Part shown: positions 22,521 through 34,199 of the stretch, piece by piece
Position numbering within the stretch: the stretch's first letter is position 1
Layout of the letters: each line of letters starts with the position of its first letter
NCBI GenBank assembly: GCA_946965045.2
Contig: OX337230.1
Coordinates: 620,001 to 684,000 of the forward strand
Direction of reading: 5' to 3'
DNA: 64,000 nucleotides
From: Epithemia pelagica
Lineage: Eukaryota > Protista > Bacillariophyta
Notes under the pieces: model-generated
What the model saw: the letters and a program-made list of their open reading frames with translations, nothing else
Databases searched by the model: none
Told to the model about the DNA's origin: nothing
Made by a program: the position numbers and the translations under genes

Positions 22521-24676
22521 ATGAAACGCAAGAATGCAGTGTTGTACCAATACCACCACAAGAAAACGAAAAAGAAGGGTTGTTGTTGTGGTGGTCGAAT
22601 AGTCTTGTCCACCTACACACTTGTCCATGGTCTGGCACTTGCCTCTCTCGGATGGATCCTGCTGCAAGCCTACCTGTACCACTATTCCCCCACCACCACC
22701 ACCAGCACTGATGTATCGTCACCGATCAATCACAGTCACGGCAAGTCCGCAGTCCGTCCGGATCCACGACAAAAACGACAAGCACAACCCCAATATCACA
22801 TGGTGTTTTCGACAAGCTGCAATGATCAACAACATTGGGAGTCCATTGTCTTTTTTTATCATGCCTACAAGGTCCAACAACCCGGCACTGTCACGCGGAT
22901 TCTCAGTGGTTGTACACCCCCACAAATGCAACACCAACGGCAAGTCTATCACGACTATGTGCAACCTCTGCGACGACAAGGACAACCGCCATTCAACACC
23001 ACCAATGGGAAACACGATGTTCAATTTTATCTCCACTTTGCCCCCGATTATGCCAAACTCCAAAAAGCGCACAATCATCCCTACAAATACATGAACAAAC
23101 GTACGTGTGGTAGTCAATGCAATTATGAAGGAAGATGAAGCAGACGAACACCATCCAGTGACATGCTTTGCGCGACTCTCTCACCACCCGTTACAACACT
23201 TTGCTTCTCTCACACAACTATCCAAAACAGCCTATGGATTGCGGCACTGGATGGAGCATTATCTCGTCAATACCTCCTCCTTCTCTTCTTCTCCTTCTTG
23301 GTCTTCTTCGAATACGTCGTCATCGTCACAACCACAATCCAATGCTCAATTCCAATTGCACGACGACGACATTGTCCTTCTCATGGATCCCGACATGATT
23401 TTGTTGCGACCTCTCACCCACGACTTTTCTCCTGTGGAACAATATTTGTGGGCAACTTCCAACAATCATCCTCCTACTACCACCTTTGTCCAACACGGTC
23501 GTCCCTTTGCCCAACAAGATGGCTACTTGTCCAATTCCTGGCAGACCTTGCCGAATCTCACGTACATTGTCCATGGCCATGACCACAACAACAACAACAA
23601 CAACAGCCATCCCTTTGCCTTGCCTTCGGGACACGATGGGCCCTTGTATTGGAATGCCGGACCACCCTATTTGGCGACCGTTCGTACGTACTTGCAAACG
23701 GCATTGCAAACAGCAATGGTGGAGAACGCCACCGTGCCACGTATAGTATTGTGTGGATGATCCATGCCTCTCTCTCACATCGTGGCTCTTGATTTTCTAC
23801 TCCACCGGGCTGAATGGGGCGAATGAAATGTTGTTTCGTTTCTTCGACCCATTTTGCTGTGTCTGTGCATGTGTCGGTCGGTCGGTCGGTGCAGGGGACA
23901 TGTACCGATTGGCGGTGAAATGGACCGAATTTGCGCCCCGTGTAGTTCAAGTGTATCCGGAACTCTTTGCGGAAATGTACGCCCTGATTTTGGCAGCGGT
24001 CGATTTGCAAATGCCCTTTACCTTGATTCAAAGCTTGGTTGTGTCCACCACAACCTCCACGTATGTGTCCACACCAACTCGTTGGTTTCTTGCTTTCGTC
24101 CCACCTGCTCGGGCAGCAGGACGGTCGACTCGATGGAGCCTGTGCCTGCAGTAGTTTACCAACCGTTTTGCTGTTCTTCTTCTGCTTCTTTTGTATTTTA
24201 GGAGTCGCGAAGGTTGGAAATTTATCGATGACTTACCCAACGAAAAGGCCTGCAACGACTTGTCGTCGTCTACCGGTAGTGATCCACCGTTCCAATTGCC
24301 AGTGGCGCTTCATTATTGCAAACGATATTTTTACGGCCCCATGTTCTTTTCCAAATACCGTCTCAAAAAGAACATTTTGAATTGCGACAAGCCCTTGATG
24401 GAACGACCGTCGGAACCCCTCCACACCGTTGTGGGACGTTACAATTATCGCTTGGCCACGACACCCCGAGCGGACCGGTCCGATTGGGACACCTTTCAAG
24501 CCGTGACTCATCCTTACAATCACCCCAAAACCGGCAAACGAGAAGCCTTTATGATTTGTGCCTTGACGCGGTACGTCAATCAAGCCGTGACACATTACAA
24601 GTTGGCCACGTGTCCCAAGGGGACGGCCAATTTGAATGAAACCTACACGGTATTCAAGGATCCGTCCAACACGTAG
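22521..24676 (+). CDS. Peptidyl-serine alpha-galactosyltransferase (SGT1/GT96)-like, HPAT-related; exons 22521-23100, 23231-23683, 23895-24060, 24202-24676
   Basis: HMVFSTSC..QQHWE..VTRILSGC; spliced YMNKPYGLRHW; LLMDPDMILLRP; AGPPYL; YPELFAEMYA; LHYCKRY. Three GT..AG introns restore one frame. Confidence 0.8.
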
Positions 24677-25998
24677 ATCAACAGTATTATTTTGTTGGCG
24701 GTGGAACCCTTCAACCGTTCTCCGCTTGGATTTGGCCTGCTCACCTTGTCAATCCACACTTGGAAAAGCTCGGTGTTGCTCGAGATAACACATACCAGCT
24801 CTCCATTGCCTCTTTTTGACCCGACTGAAACACGTGCGAATCCATTCCCCGTGCTGGCAAAGATAGAGGACGGTTATCGGGAGGGGAAAAGTGAAGAAGA
24901 AGAATCTTCTTCCGCTCGCAACGGTTCGGTCGGTTCACCCGCCTCGCCATTGCAGTGACCCAAAGTGGGGATCATGAGAGTTGTCATGGTGAGGAAACGA
25001 AAATGGGACACTAGAGTCCGATTCCACATCGACGGACAATTTCATGAATGACCTCAAAACGTGATCATGGTCATTCCAGAAAAAGCAAGGAACAGAAAGG
25101 AGAAAAGAACATCCAAAATATTGCTTTGGGAGAATATTCGACTGGATTTTAAAAAACAAGAACAAGTTCGAACAAGCAGCAAGCTGTGAGACACAATATA
25201 GTGGCATATACTGAAATGACATGGTGAACGTGAAGTCGTTGTTTTTCTTGCATCCAGCTTTTTGAGCATGGTTCTGTGTACAGTGGTATGACTATTCCAC
25301 AGTTTGCAATATCCAAGAGCTCCAACAGAGACTGGCAGAATGTCAATCCCCATTGTATCATAAAGCTGGCCTGATATTGTTCCAGAAAGCATGGCTAGAT
25401 ATTTAGAAAACAAGGTTGAACGAGATCAAAGCATATTAGAAGAGCAAAAATTCGAAACGTTTAGTATAAGCAAACAACAAAAGCCCATGGTGCGACTGTT
25501 CTGTTCCAATACTCTAGAACCAAAGCAATGTCGATATCCGTACGGATATGAACTCTGATGGAGACTTACGGTGTGTATAGTTTACCAGAAATGGTTCACA
25601 CCATGGATCGACAAGACTTGAATGGTTGGGGTATCCTCCTCCATGATGATGCTTCTTGTTGCAAGAGAACCCGGTAGAAAAGACCGTTGGAGTCTTTCCA
25701 TAAGTACCTGTAAGAAGAAATGTCTCACAATCCTATAATGCGGTCAGTGTGGAAACTCGGCGTCCACAATTTGCGCAGTTTTTCGAGGGACCTGGAGATT
25801 GAGAGACGACAAGAATCTGCAGCTCGCCGCGCGATTCGTATATTCGCGGGGCTGGCTGACTTGACCACGCGAGGCGACTCATCAGCCCTCATTGATCGGT
25901 GGAGGTGCGGATGGTTCAGGAACAGAGCATTCACAACTTACTCCATTGATCGGAATGGGGAACGATATAAAGACTATTGGTACCGTGTATGTTCAACC

Positions 25999-28440
25999 AT
26001 GTTTTCACACAACATTGTTCTTTGGGTCCTTTTGCTGCAACTGGCGGTGTCACAGATCCGTCCTGGAACATGCTTTTCGTGGACGAATCTTGGAATCGAA
26101 ACATCCACAACAAGAAGAAAACACATCGCCACGGAATGGGTCACGAGATCACCATGGAGAAGGACACCTTCATTCCTCGCTTTATCCGTCAAACATTCGA
26201 TTCCGACAAGGAGGAGACGAACGCAAGGATCAATGTCAGGGCTCTCCACAAGGACGACGACGTTTTGTCGTCCAATGACTCCCGAAAACAACAACGAGGA
26301 CCTAGAGACACCCCGGATCCATGCTCCCATTGAGAATGACACAAGTACCAAGACTTCACTACAACAGAAGCAATCCTTGCAACGACTCTACTCGGACGCT
26401 GCCCGTATTCGTCGTTTGTACGGTCATGGGGCAGCCCAACCCCTCTATCAAGCCATTTTGAACCAGCAAGTACGAGCGACCAACGAGACGGATGCCTCCA
26501 CTGCGACACGCATTGCGGCCCTCTCGGATGTGAAACGATTGTCGCACGTGTTTGACCTCTCCGCCAACGACGCGATACCATTCCAACAACGAAAACCACG
26601 ACACCAATTGCTGCGCCAATTACGTCAGTCGTTGGCTCGGGCCAATTATACCACGGCGGCCATTCGAGACATGGTGGGCATTGCGAGTGCCCAACAGGGT
26701 CCCTTTTATGCCACGTGTCCCATTTATCTGTCCACCGTCTCGTCGTCGGCACGTTGGAGCGGACGACAACGAGCACCCCCTCTTGTGGAGACACCTGTCC
26801 AATGCTTGGTCTCTTTATTGTTGCTGGGATGGTCCCTTCCACAATCTCTGGTTCAATCCGTCCTGGGAGACGTCTTGTTTCACGTCTTGCACGACTTGCA
26901 ACTCCTTGAACTTTCTCCAGTGGACGATTCGTGCTTTGCACTCGTTTCCATCTTTCCATTGACAGTGACGAACAACCACAACAACAACACTGGCGCACAC
27001 GATACGAAGTCATTCGCCGGGTCGTCCCATACGACGACAACATCATCAACAACCACAACGCTTTGGATTGCCACCGATTGGCATCCCAATGTACTAGGAA
27101 CGACGCGACCCTTTGATCCCCCCGTCGAAACCGACGACAACAATGAGCCTGGGAAAGTAGCAGCAACACCTACAACACAAACACGAGAACCCGTGTATTA
27201 TATTGGTCCGGATTCCTTGGCCATGGTCCAACTCGCACTCCCTCCCATGATTCAATCCCTCAATGTTTCAGCCGGCGCGTCTTCCACTACTGCTGATGAT
27301 GATGACCATCTCTGGGTCATGGACGTTTGTACCGGTTCCGGTATACAAGCTCTGGTCAGTACGCACTTGGTGCAACAACGTCTGAAGGACATGGCGGCAG
27401 CGTCGAGCGAACAAGCACAGCCATGCCGTCGCCTTCTTCATGTGTCAACCATGGATTTGAATCCTCGAGCATTGGAGTGTACATTGTGGAACTTTTGCCT
27501 CAATGGATTTTTGGAAGAGAAAGAGAAGGACAATTCGCGGACCACCCCGTCTATGGTCTTGCACCAAATTCAGGGCAATGTGTGTCAACCACAATCCTCG
27601 TTTCATCTCCAATCCTTTGGCTCCTCCTCGAGTGTGGCCGATCCTGGTGGTTGGAAGCACTTTGCCACTCTATCTGCTCTCATGGACCATTTGTCGCCGA
27701 GTCCCGTTCCATTGACGGCATTGGTTGCCAATCCTCCCTTTGTCCCATCTCCTCCGAGACCTCCTCTCGAAACGGCGACTACCCCGCCCTCTAGTAGTAG
27801 TTCCTATGGCTTGTTCTCCACCTACATTCCCAGCCAGACGGAATCCTCCATCAATACAACCAACACGAGACGTGAATCGGGTGGTGGCGGTAGCACTGGG
27901 GATGAAGTCTGGACCGCCATTGTCGACCACCTGGTACAACCCTATTTGAGGCCCACGGGACGGGTGGCGATTGTTTCCGAATTCTTTTGGTCCCAGTATC
28001 CTACTGAACGACTGGAACAACTGTGTCAGACGCACCGTGAACAAAACATATTGTCCACTTCTACTGCTACCAATACAAGAACAACTTCTATCAAAACCCT
28101 GAACCTGCTCTTGGTCACCAATCAATATCCATTGGATTGCCTCACGTATGCACAACGGAGGTGCTTTGGGAAGGACCGTGTATCGTCATCGACCCCCGAC
28201 GTGGAGGAATGGAGAGCCTTTCTGACCCACCAATTGGGCTACACGGCCATGTCTCCCGGATTTCTCCTCGTCGATCGAAACAACAACAACACTTTCCGCA
28301 ATGAACATGACAAGGACCACACAACAAGTATTCACCATGCCATCATGCCTCGATCCAAGTACGGGTCATTGTGGACACCGTCCAATCCGATCGCCATGGA
28401 ACGCATGGCAAGCATCTTACAGGAGTACTTGAAATGGTGA
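25999..28440 (+). CDS. Class I SAM-dependent methyltransferase (HemK/MTS-like, NPPF motif) with N-terminal extension and predicted signal peptide
   Basis: EPVYYIGPDSLA; motif I VMDVCTGSGIQAL; DLNPRAL; motif IV LVANPPFVP; hydrophobic N-terminus MFSHNIVLWVLLLQLAVSQ. Confidence 0.75.
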   Translation: MFSHNIVLWVLLLQLAVSQIRPGTCFSWTNLGIETSTTRRKHIATEWVTRSPWRRTPSFLALSVKHSIPTRRRRTQGSMSGLSTRTTTFCRPMTPENNNEDLETPRIHAPIENDTSTKTSLQQKQSLQRLYSDAARIRRLYGHGAAQPLYQAILNQQVRATNETDASTATRIAALSDVKRLSHVFDLSANDAIPFQQRKPRHQLLRQLRQSLARANYTTAAIRDMVGIASAQQGPFYATCPIYLSTVSSSARWSGRQRAPPLVETPVQCLVSLLLLGWSLPQSLVQSVLGDVLFHVLHDLQLLELSPVDDSCFALVSIFPLTVTNNHNNNTGAHDTKSFAGSSHTTTTSSTTTTLWIATDWHPNVLGTTRPFDPPVETDDNNEPGKVAATPTTQTREPVYYIGPDSLAMVQLALPPMIQSLNVSAGASSTTADDDDHLWVMDVCTGSGIQALVSTHLVQQRLKDMAAASSEQAQPCRRLLHVSTMDLNPRALECTLWNFCLNGFLEEKEKDNSRTTPSMVLHQIQGNVCQPQSSFHLQSFGSSSSVADPGGWKHFATLSALMDHLSPSPVPLTALVANPPFVPSPPRPPLETATTPPSSSSSYGLFSTYIPSQTESSINTTNTRRESGGGGSTGDEVWTAIVDHLVQPYLRPTGRVAIVSEFFWSQYPTERLEQLCQTHREQNILSTSTATNTRTTSIKTLNLLLVTNQYPLDCLTYAQRRCFGKDRVSSSTPDVEEWRAFLTHQLGYTAMSPGFLLVDRNNNNTFRNEHDKDHTTSIHHAIMPRSKYGSLWTPSNPIAMERMASILQEYLKW

Positions 28441-28572
28441 AGGGTGAAAATGTTGAAGACTGTAATTCCTGAATATCTTCAACATGCGAGGACATCGGCA
28501 ATCGATGTATTCCGTCACGTTCCCGGTTACGATCCATGAACCACATTGGCATGTTTGCATCCATTGGAACGC

Positions 28573-31500
28573 TCAACTGGGGTCATTCGTGGCAGGTTGT
28601 TGTTGCATGCTGTTCCGAATCAGTCGTTCCACTCGTTGCAATTCTTGTTCGGCGGCGTCGTCGTCGAGTGGACGGCATCGAGACCATGCCAATCGCACCG
28701 AGGTGAGTGTCGTGTCATCGGGATGGACGGGACGGTATCCATCCCGACTCCTCCATTGCATCATGCGTTCCACCAAGGCCGTCGCTTCGTTGGCTGCACC
28801 CCGACGGGCCCAGGCCTGAATGCAGGAATTGTACGTGATGCGGTCGGGTTGCAAGCCCACGACACCACCCGCCATGGTTTGCTCTTCCAATAAGTCCAAG
28901 AGAGTTTGCGCCCGTTGCGGTGCGTGGGCGTGACGACTCGTGGCCCAGGCGCCCACCAGAGAATTGTACGTGACCAAGTCGGGACGACAGGCCGTATCAT
29001 TCCGTTCTTGCATGATGCGCAACAGAGATTCGGCTCGCAAAGGACCATCGGATACGCGAGCATTTTTCCAAGCCAAAATTGCCGCATTAAAACTACGTGT
29101 GGTCGGTTGCAAGGACGGGTCTCCCGCCTCGGCCTTGCGCATCATTTCAAACAAGAGTGCTTCGGCTCGTTCGGCTGCTGGGGCACCGGCATTGGATCGC
29201 GCATACGCATCCATGACCGCATTGTAAAACAATACCGTTGGTTTCGCATAGATCTTGCCTTGCTTGTACAATTGTTTGGTGTGATCCAACAGAGCCTGCG
29301 CTTGGCTCGCCCCTTGACGAGACGCACTTTTGGCATAGGCTTGAAGGACCGCCGAATACAACAAACTCGTGGGTTTGAAATGCCCCATACCATTCCGATA
29401 GCCCTCTTCGACTTGCTCCAAAATGTGTTGGGCAAGTTCCACGACATTGCCCACTCCCGTTTTGGTCAAGGCGTTTAAAAAGGTGGCCATGACATTGGAG
29501 TCGGGTCGTACTTGAACATGACCCTGATTGGTCGCATAGTCATTCATTTGTTCCAGTAGCTGTTTCGCTCGGAGGGCAGCCAATGGATCTCGTGTACTGG
29601 CAATGAGTTGAAACAATTGAAAAAAGATAATGGTATGGGGTGCCAGTTCGGGCGATTGTGTAGACAAGTAGAGCTTGTGCATGCGCTGTTCCAGTTCCAG
29701 ACAATGTTCCAGAATCGTAAAGGATTCCGTACATGTCTTGTTTGCGTGTCGTTGCCACGCTGCAATTTGCTCCTTGTCCTGTTGGCTACTGCTGCCATCC
29801 AAGGAGGCGGCGGCCGCGGCCTTGTTCCAGGCGGTCAAGACACTGCCAAAGGATTTGGCCGTGGGTAAATACTTGACATGGCGCGTTTCTTCCCACAAAC
29901 CTTGCAATTCATCCAACAATTGTTCGGCACGAATGGCCGCCTCCACCGTTCCACAGTGCGCCCACACGGCCATGACGGATGTATACGTGACTTTGCACGG
30001 TCGTGTTTGATCCACGGCGGCATGGTCCTTTGTCGTCGTACTCGTCGTGGAGGATGCTACTGTGCGGGTGGTGCTGGTCGTATTGGTCGTACTGGGCGGC
30101 TCGTAATAGGATTGGTGTTGCATTTGCCGCAACAGGGTTTCGGCAATTTCGGCCGTGGTCGAACAGCTCGTCGTCGTACTACTGGCATTGCGATTGCTAT
30201 TATTATTCGTCCGGGAGTGTTCCTGTCGTTTTTCCAAGGCTTGTCCCAGCAAGTAAAGTATGGTATTCAAAAAGGCGGCATTGGGCCGCACGACACCCTG
30301 GTGGTGGTGTTGTTGTCGTGTCATGCGATTCCAAACCTCGAGGGGAGGAATGGCTTGGGCCGCCAAGACACTGGTATAGGTATACCAATCGGGTCGAAGA
30401 GTCTCGTCGTGGGTTTGGTGGTACAAATCTTCCAATTCGTGGAGCAAGCTGCGAATTTGTCGGACGCAGTGCGCTTGCAAGGCACGATTCGAGGAGGACG
30501 ACAACGAGTTTGACGACGACCAGGAGGAGGACGAGGACGACGAGGTTTCGATTTGTTCTTGTTGCGCTTGTTTCAAGGTTTGCGCCCAAGCATGAATGCA
30601 AGTGGTATACGAGACACGATTGGGTTGTACCGAACTGCCAGTGTGTTGTTTCATTTCCTGCAAGAGCGCTTGGGCTTCGGGTGCTTGTCCCGGTGTCTTG
30701 GCATAGGCCTTGAGACAGGTATTGTACGACACGACCGTGGGGTGAAGGACCGGATGGGCTTGCAATTGTCGCAAGACGGCCCGGGCCTTGAGTCCCGCCT
30801 GGGCATGACCCGAGTCGGCCCAGGCATTGAGGACGGCATTGTGCAATCGATCCGAGGGTGGTTTCTGGTTGTTCCATGAGGATCGGGCCAAGATTTGGTG
30901 CAAGAGGTGTTGCGCGGCTTGGGCATGGGCCACGCTACGCGCCTGGGCATGAGCATTCAAGACGGCACAATACGAGTATTCGTCTGCCATGACACGAGGG
31001 GCCAATTGCCACAATCGATGCAACCACACGTGGGCTTGTTCGGCTCCCTGCGACGAGGCTTGGCGAGACCATCCCAACATGACAATGTTGAAGGAAATGA
31101 CATCAAACAAGAAAGGGGCCGTATGGTTGTGGTTGTTGTTGATGGCAGAGCTGTTGACGTGACTGGCACTACGATTCAAATTGGATAGAACTGGCTCGAC
31201 GCGTTGCCACAACAAGGCATCGGCTTTGCGAACCGACTTGGGACTGTACCGAGAATGTCGCAACATGCGAGAGAGTTTTTGATTAAACGATAAAATGGCT
31301 TTGGCAGTGGCATTGGGAGAGGTGGAAGCAACAGACGATTTTCGGGCTGACCGTCGCCGTCGATGTTGTTTTGGGTTGGTTGGTTTGGTGTGGTTGCGAT
31401 TGAGATGGTGGTGTGCCGTTCCGAACCTGCGGCTGCTATTCTTGAGTGGACCGTGTTGGTGTTTTCCCTTGTGCCGTTTCGACGCCGAACCCTTGGATGT

Positions 31501-31863
31501 CTTTTTGGTTCGATCTTGCCTCATGACCAGTTTCGTTTCTCCTCCATCAACCACCGAGAGTGGTGATGAGCGTTGGGCGATGGTGCTTGTGGATGAGTTC
31601 CGTTGTGTTGTTGTTGTTGTTGTTGTCACGGTCGAATTGTGGGTCGCATCCATGGATAGCTTTGATGCACCACGAACCAAATAGGAGGTCGTCCATCCAC
31701 CCTTGTTGGATTTGGTTGTGTGAAACGCAAGGGGAGACACGGAACCCGTCGTACTGGAACAAACAAACGAGTCCACAACCACCATCCCATGGAGTGTTGC
31801 GGCCATGGTCCACACCAAAATTCTCCCAAAAGGACAACGAAACAGAGGGACTCTTGGAATCAT
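28573..31863 (-). CDS. Pentatricopeptide-repeat (PPR) protein, likely organelle-targeted
   Basis: Many ~35-aa helical repeats (DVISFNIVMLGWSR, DEYSYCAVLNAHAQ, TVVSYNTCLKAYAK, TVLFYNAVMDAYAR, DLVTYNSLVGAWA) and an S/T/R-rich presequence. Confidence 0.9.
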   Translation of the reverse strand: MIPRVPLFRCPFGRILVWTMAATLHGMVVVDSFVCSSTTGSVSPLAFHTTKSNKGGWTTSYLVRGASKLSMDATHNSTVTTTTTTTQRNSSTSTIAQRSSPLSVVDGGETKLVMRQDRTKKTSKGSASKRHKGKHQHGPLKNSSRRFGTAHHHLNRNHTKPTNPKQHRRRRSARKSSVASTSPNATAKAILSFNQKLSRMLRHSRYSPKSVRKADALLWQRVEPVLSNLNRSASHVNSSAINNNHNHTAPFLFDVISFNIVMLGWSRQASSQGAEQAHVWLHRLWQLAPRVMADEYSYCAVLNAHAQARSVAHAQAAQHLLHQILARSSWNNQKPPSDRLHNAVLNAWADSGHAQAGLKARAVLRQLQAHPVLHPTVVSYNTCLKAYAKTPGQAPEAQALLQEMKQHTGSSVQPNRVSYTTCIHAWAQTLKQAQQEQIETSSSSSSSWSSSNSLSSSSNRALQAHCVRQIRSLLHELEDLYHQTHDETLRPDWYTYTSVLAAQAIPPLEVWNRMTRQQHHHQGVVRPNAAFLNTILYLLGQALEKRQEHSRTNNNSNRNASSTTTSCSTTAEIAETLLRQMQHQSYYEPPSTTNTTSTTRTVASSTTSTTTKDHAAVDQTRPCKVTYTSVMAVWAHCGTVEAAIRAEQLLDELQGLWEETRHVKYLPTAKSFGSVLTAWNKAAAAASLDGSSSQQDKEQIAAWQRHANKTCTESFTILEHCLELEQRMHKLYLSTQSPELAPHTIIFFQLFQLIASTRDPLAALRAKQLLEQMNDYATNQGHVQVRPDSNVMATFLNALTKTGVGNVVELAQHILEQVEEGYRNGMGHFKPTSLLYSAVLQAYAKSASRQGASQAQALLDHTKQLYKQGKIYAKPTVLFYNAVMDAYARSNAGAPAAERAEALLFEMMRKAEAGDPSLQPTTRSFNAAILAWKNARVSDGPLRAESLLRIMQERNDTACRPDLVTYNSLVGAWATSRHAHAPQRAQTLLDLLEEQTMAGGVVGLQPDRITYNSCIQAWARRGAANEATALVERMMQWRSRDGYRPVHPDDTTLTSVRLAWSRCRPLDDDAAEQELQRVERLIRNSMQQQPATNDPS

Positions 31864-32284
31864 CATCCTTTCGTTTCACAAACACTGCCTCACTGAGGAA
31901 GAACCAGACCGGATTTTCGGTTCGGCTTGATCATTATTGTCTCGGGCGGCACAACCGCCATTGCCATTGTGGGTGATACAGAAAACAGAACACAAAGAAA
32001 ATTCTGTCGTGGGTTTCAGCGACCTTCCTGCGACTTCATGATGAGTCAATACGCGGGACTGGATTTGAGTCATGCGGGACTCCGTCGGATCCGTTATCCG
32101 TTGGACGACGTCGTGTTTCGTGTTCTCTTTTCTTTTTCGCGTATCTTTTCATCCTTGTCACTGGGTCAATGGACAACACACAAAACGGAGACTCATTCTT
32201 CTGTTAGGACATATCGAGATACCAGAGTTCAAATCTTTTTTTCTCTTTCTCTTGACACAACACGAACCAACGAAGGACGCCATC

Positions 32285-33730
32285 ATGAGCGACGCACCCT
32301 CGAAACAACAAGCCGCCGAAATCTTGACGGCCGAAACCATTCCCTCCTATCTGCAAGAGCAGTGTTGGGACGACTTGCACGACAAAGTGCCGGCCTTGCA
32401 ATCCCTCCGTCCCACCGACTTGCCATCGGCATTGACTGTCACGCCCATTGCGGGTGGCAATGTCAATTATGCCTTTTGCTTGACCTTTGCCACACCCAAC
32501 CACAAAACGACGGTCTTTTTGAAACAAGCACCGGAATTTGTGGCCATTTTTGGACCCGATGGATTTCCCTTGACCTCGCAACGCATGCAACGCGAAATCA
32601 ACGTCTACCACGAATGGTCCACCTTGCTGGGAACCACCTTGGCGGCTCGGTATCTGCCGCAAATTTATCATTTTGATCGTACGTACCACACAAAACACAC
32701 ATATGGATGATCAATGGTGTCCGTTCGACCACAGGACCGTGGCTCACGAGTGTGTATGTCTGTTTCCCTCTTGCCTTGTTTTCTTCGTCTCTTGGATCGT
32801 TTACTCTGTGTTTGTGTGCCTGTGTCAGGTTCCCATATGGCGGTCGTGATGGAATTTTTGGAGGGGTTTGAATTGTTGGATCATGTCTTGGTCCAGGATC
32901 CCTCCACGACAACGTCGACGTCGTCCCTGGACTTTCATGAATCCGTCGCGAGTAGTTTGGGCGATTTCATGGGACGGACTCATGCCTTGACACATGCCTC
33001 GTACATTTCCACCGACCGTCGATTGGCCTACACGTCCAACTATGAAAATCGAGAAATGCGCGACATTCAATTGGAATTTGTCTTTACCAAATGTTACCAA
33101 GAAGCGACGGATGAACAACGGGCTGGCTTGGAGTTGACTCCGGAATTTCTGGCGCAAGTCAAATTGCTCCGGGACCAATACAATGGTCAACGAGATGCCG
33201 AGAATTTTGTCTTGAACCATGGCGATTTGCATCCAGGCAGTGTCATGGTCCATCCCACCACGGGACACGCCAAGGTGATTGATCCCGAATTTACCGTCTA
33301 TGGACCACCGGGATTGGATGTGGGCAGTCTCTTGTCGGGCTACATTTTGGGGGCCATTCATCAAGCCCATGCTGGACATATCGCGGCCGCCCAGGAACTG
33401 GTCCAAGCCTCCCAAGCCATTTGGAAGCACTATCTCGCTGCCCTCCAAGCCGTCTGGTCGTCGTCGTCCAACAACAACAAACCAAGTCTCGACGACGTGA
33501 TGCAACGCATTGCCATTGAATCCGTGGGATTCGCGGCGGCCGAAGTGTGTCGAACCGCCTTGGAATTTGCCGGAGGACGCAAATGGTTGCAATTTGACGA
33601 CCCGACCGTCAAGGCGGCGGCCAAAAAGAATGCCTTGACCTTGGTGCAACAGTGCATGGTGGACCGACATGCCGGAGGCATGGACTTGCTATGGACCGAA
33701 ATGACCAAGGCCATTGAACGAGTTGGATAA
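32285..33730 (+). CDS. mtnK: 5-methylthioribose kinase-like (APH/choline-kinase fold); exons 32285-32678 and 32829-33730
   Basis: IAGGNVNY, VFLKQAPEFV, spliced DRSHMAVVMEFL, LNHGDLHPGSVMV, KVIDPEFTVYGPPGLDVG. Confidence 0.75.
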
Positions 33731-34199
33731 AAGAGAGAGAGAGAGATGTAGAGAGAGTGATGACCAGCGGGCAAAAATTAGAGAGACTCATGTCCAAGAC
33801 GCTCATGGCGCCCGATACACACGGTCCTGACGCAATCGACGAATCCGCTTCTAACTTGTAGAAATACCATGCTTTGTTGATCGAGTAATATTTGCTAGCA
33901 TCTACACTTTCTGCTTTATAGACGGCTACACTTGAAAATATTGAAATGTCGAGAGACCAAACACTTGTTCCGAGGAAATTTTGCAAAGAGTCAACGAAAA
34001 TGGTGCAGATGAACTTGCAACGTTTCAAGGGAACTATAGGTAGACTAGTCAGTAATATATGGCCGTATCAAGCAATTAGACTGGAGCTACAACTTTCATT
34101 TCGCAACAATAATACTACCACAAAGCATGGTGCCGCATCCCATATATTTGTGTTAATCCTACAATTTGACGTTGGCATCCACAAGGCTCGTTTGTGCAA

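Noticed and set aside
1-33730. One large biosynthetic gene cluster (NRPS-like + MFS + glycosyltransferases + methyltransferase + kinase)
   Set aside because: These genes are interspersed with unrelated housekeeping genes (RAD18, DnaJ, PPR), and such density is normal in compact diatom genomes. Only the local pairs are kept as hypotheses.
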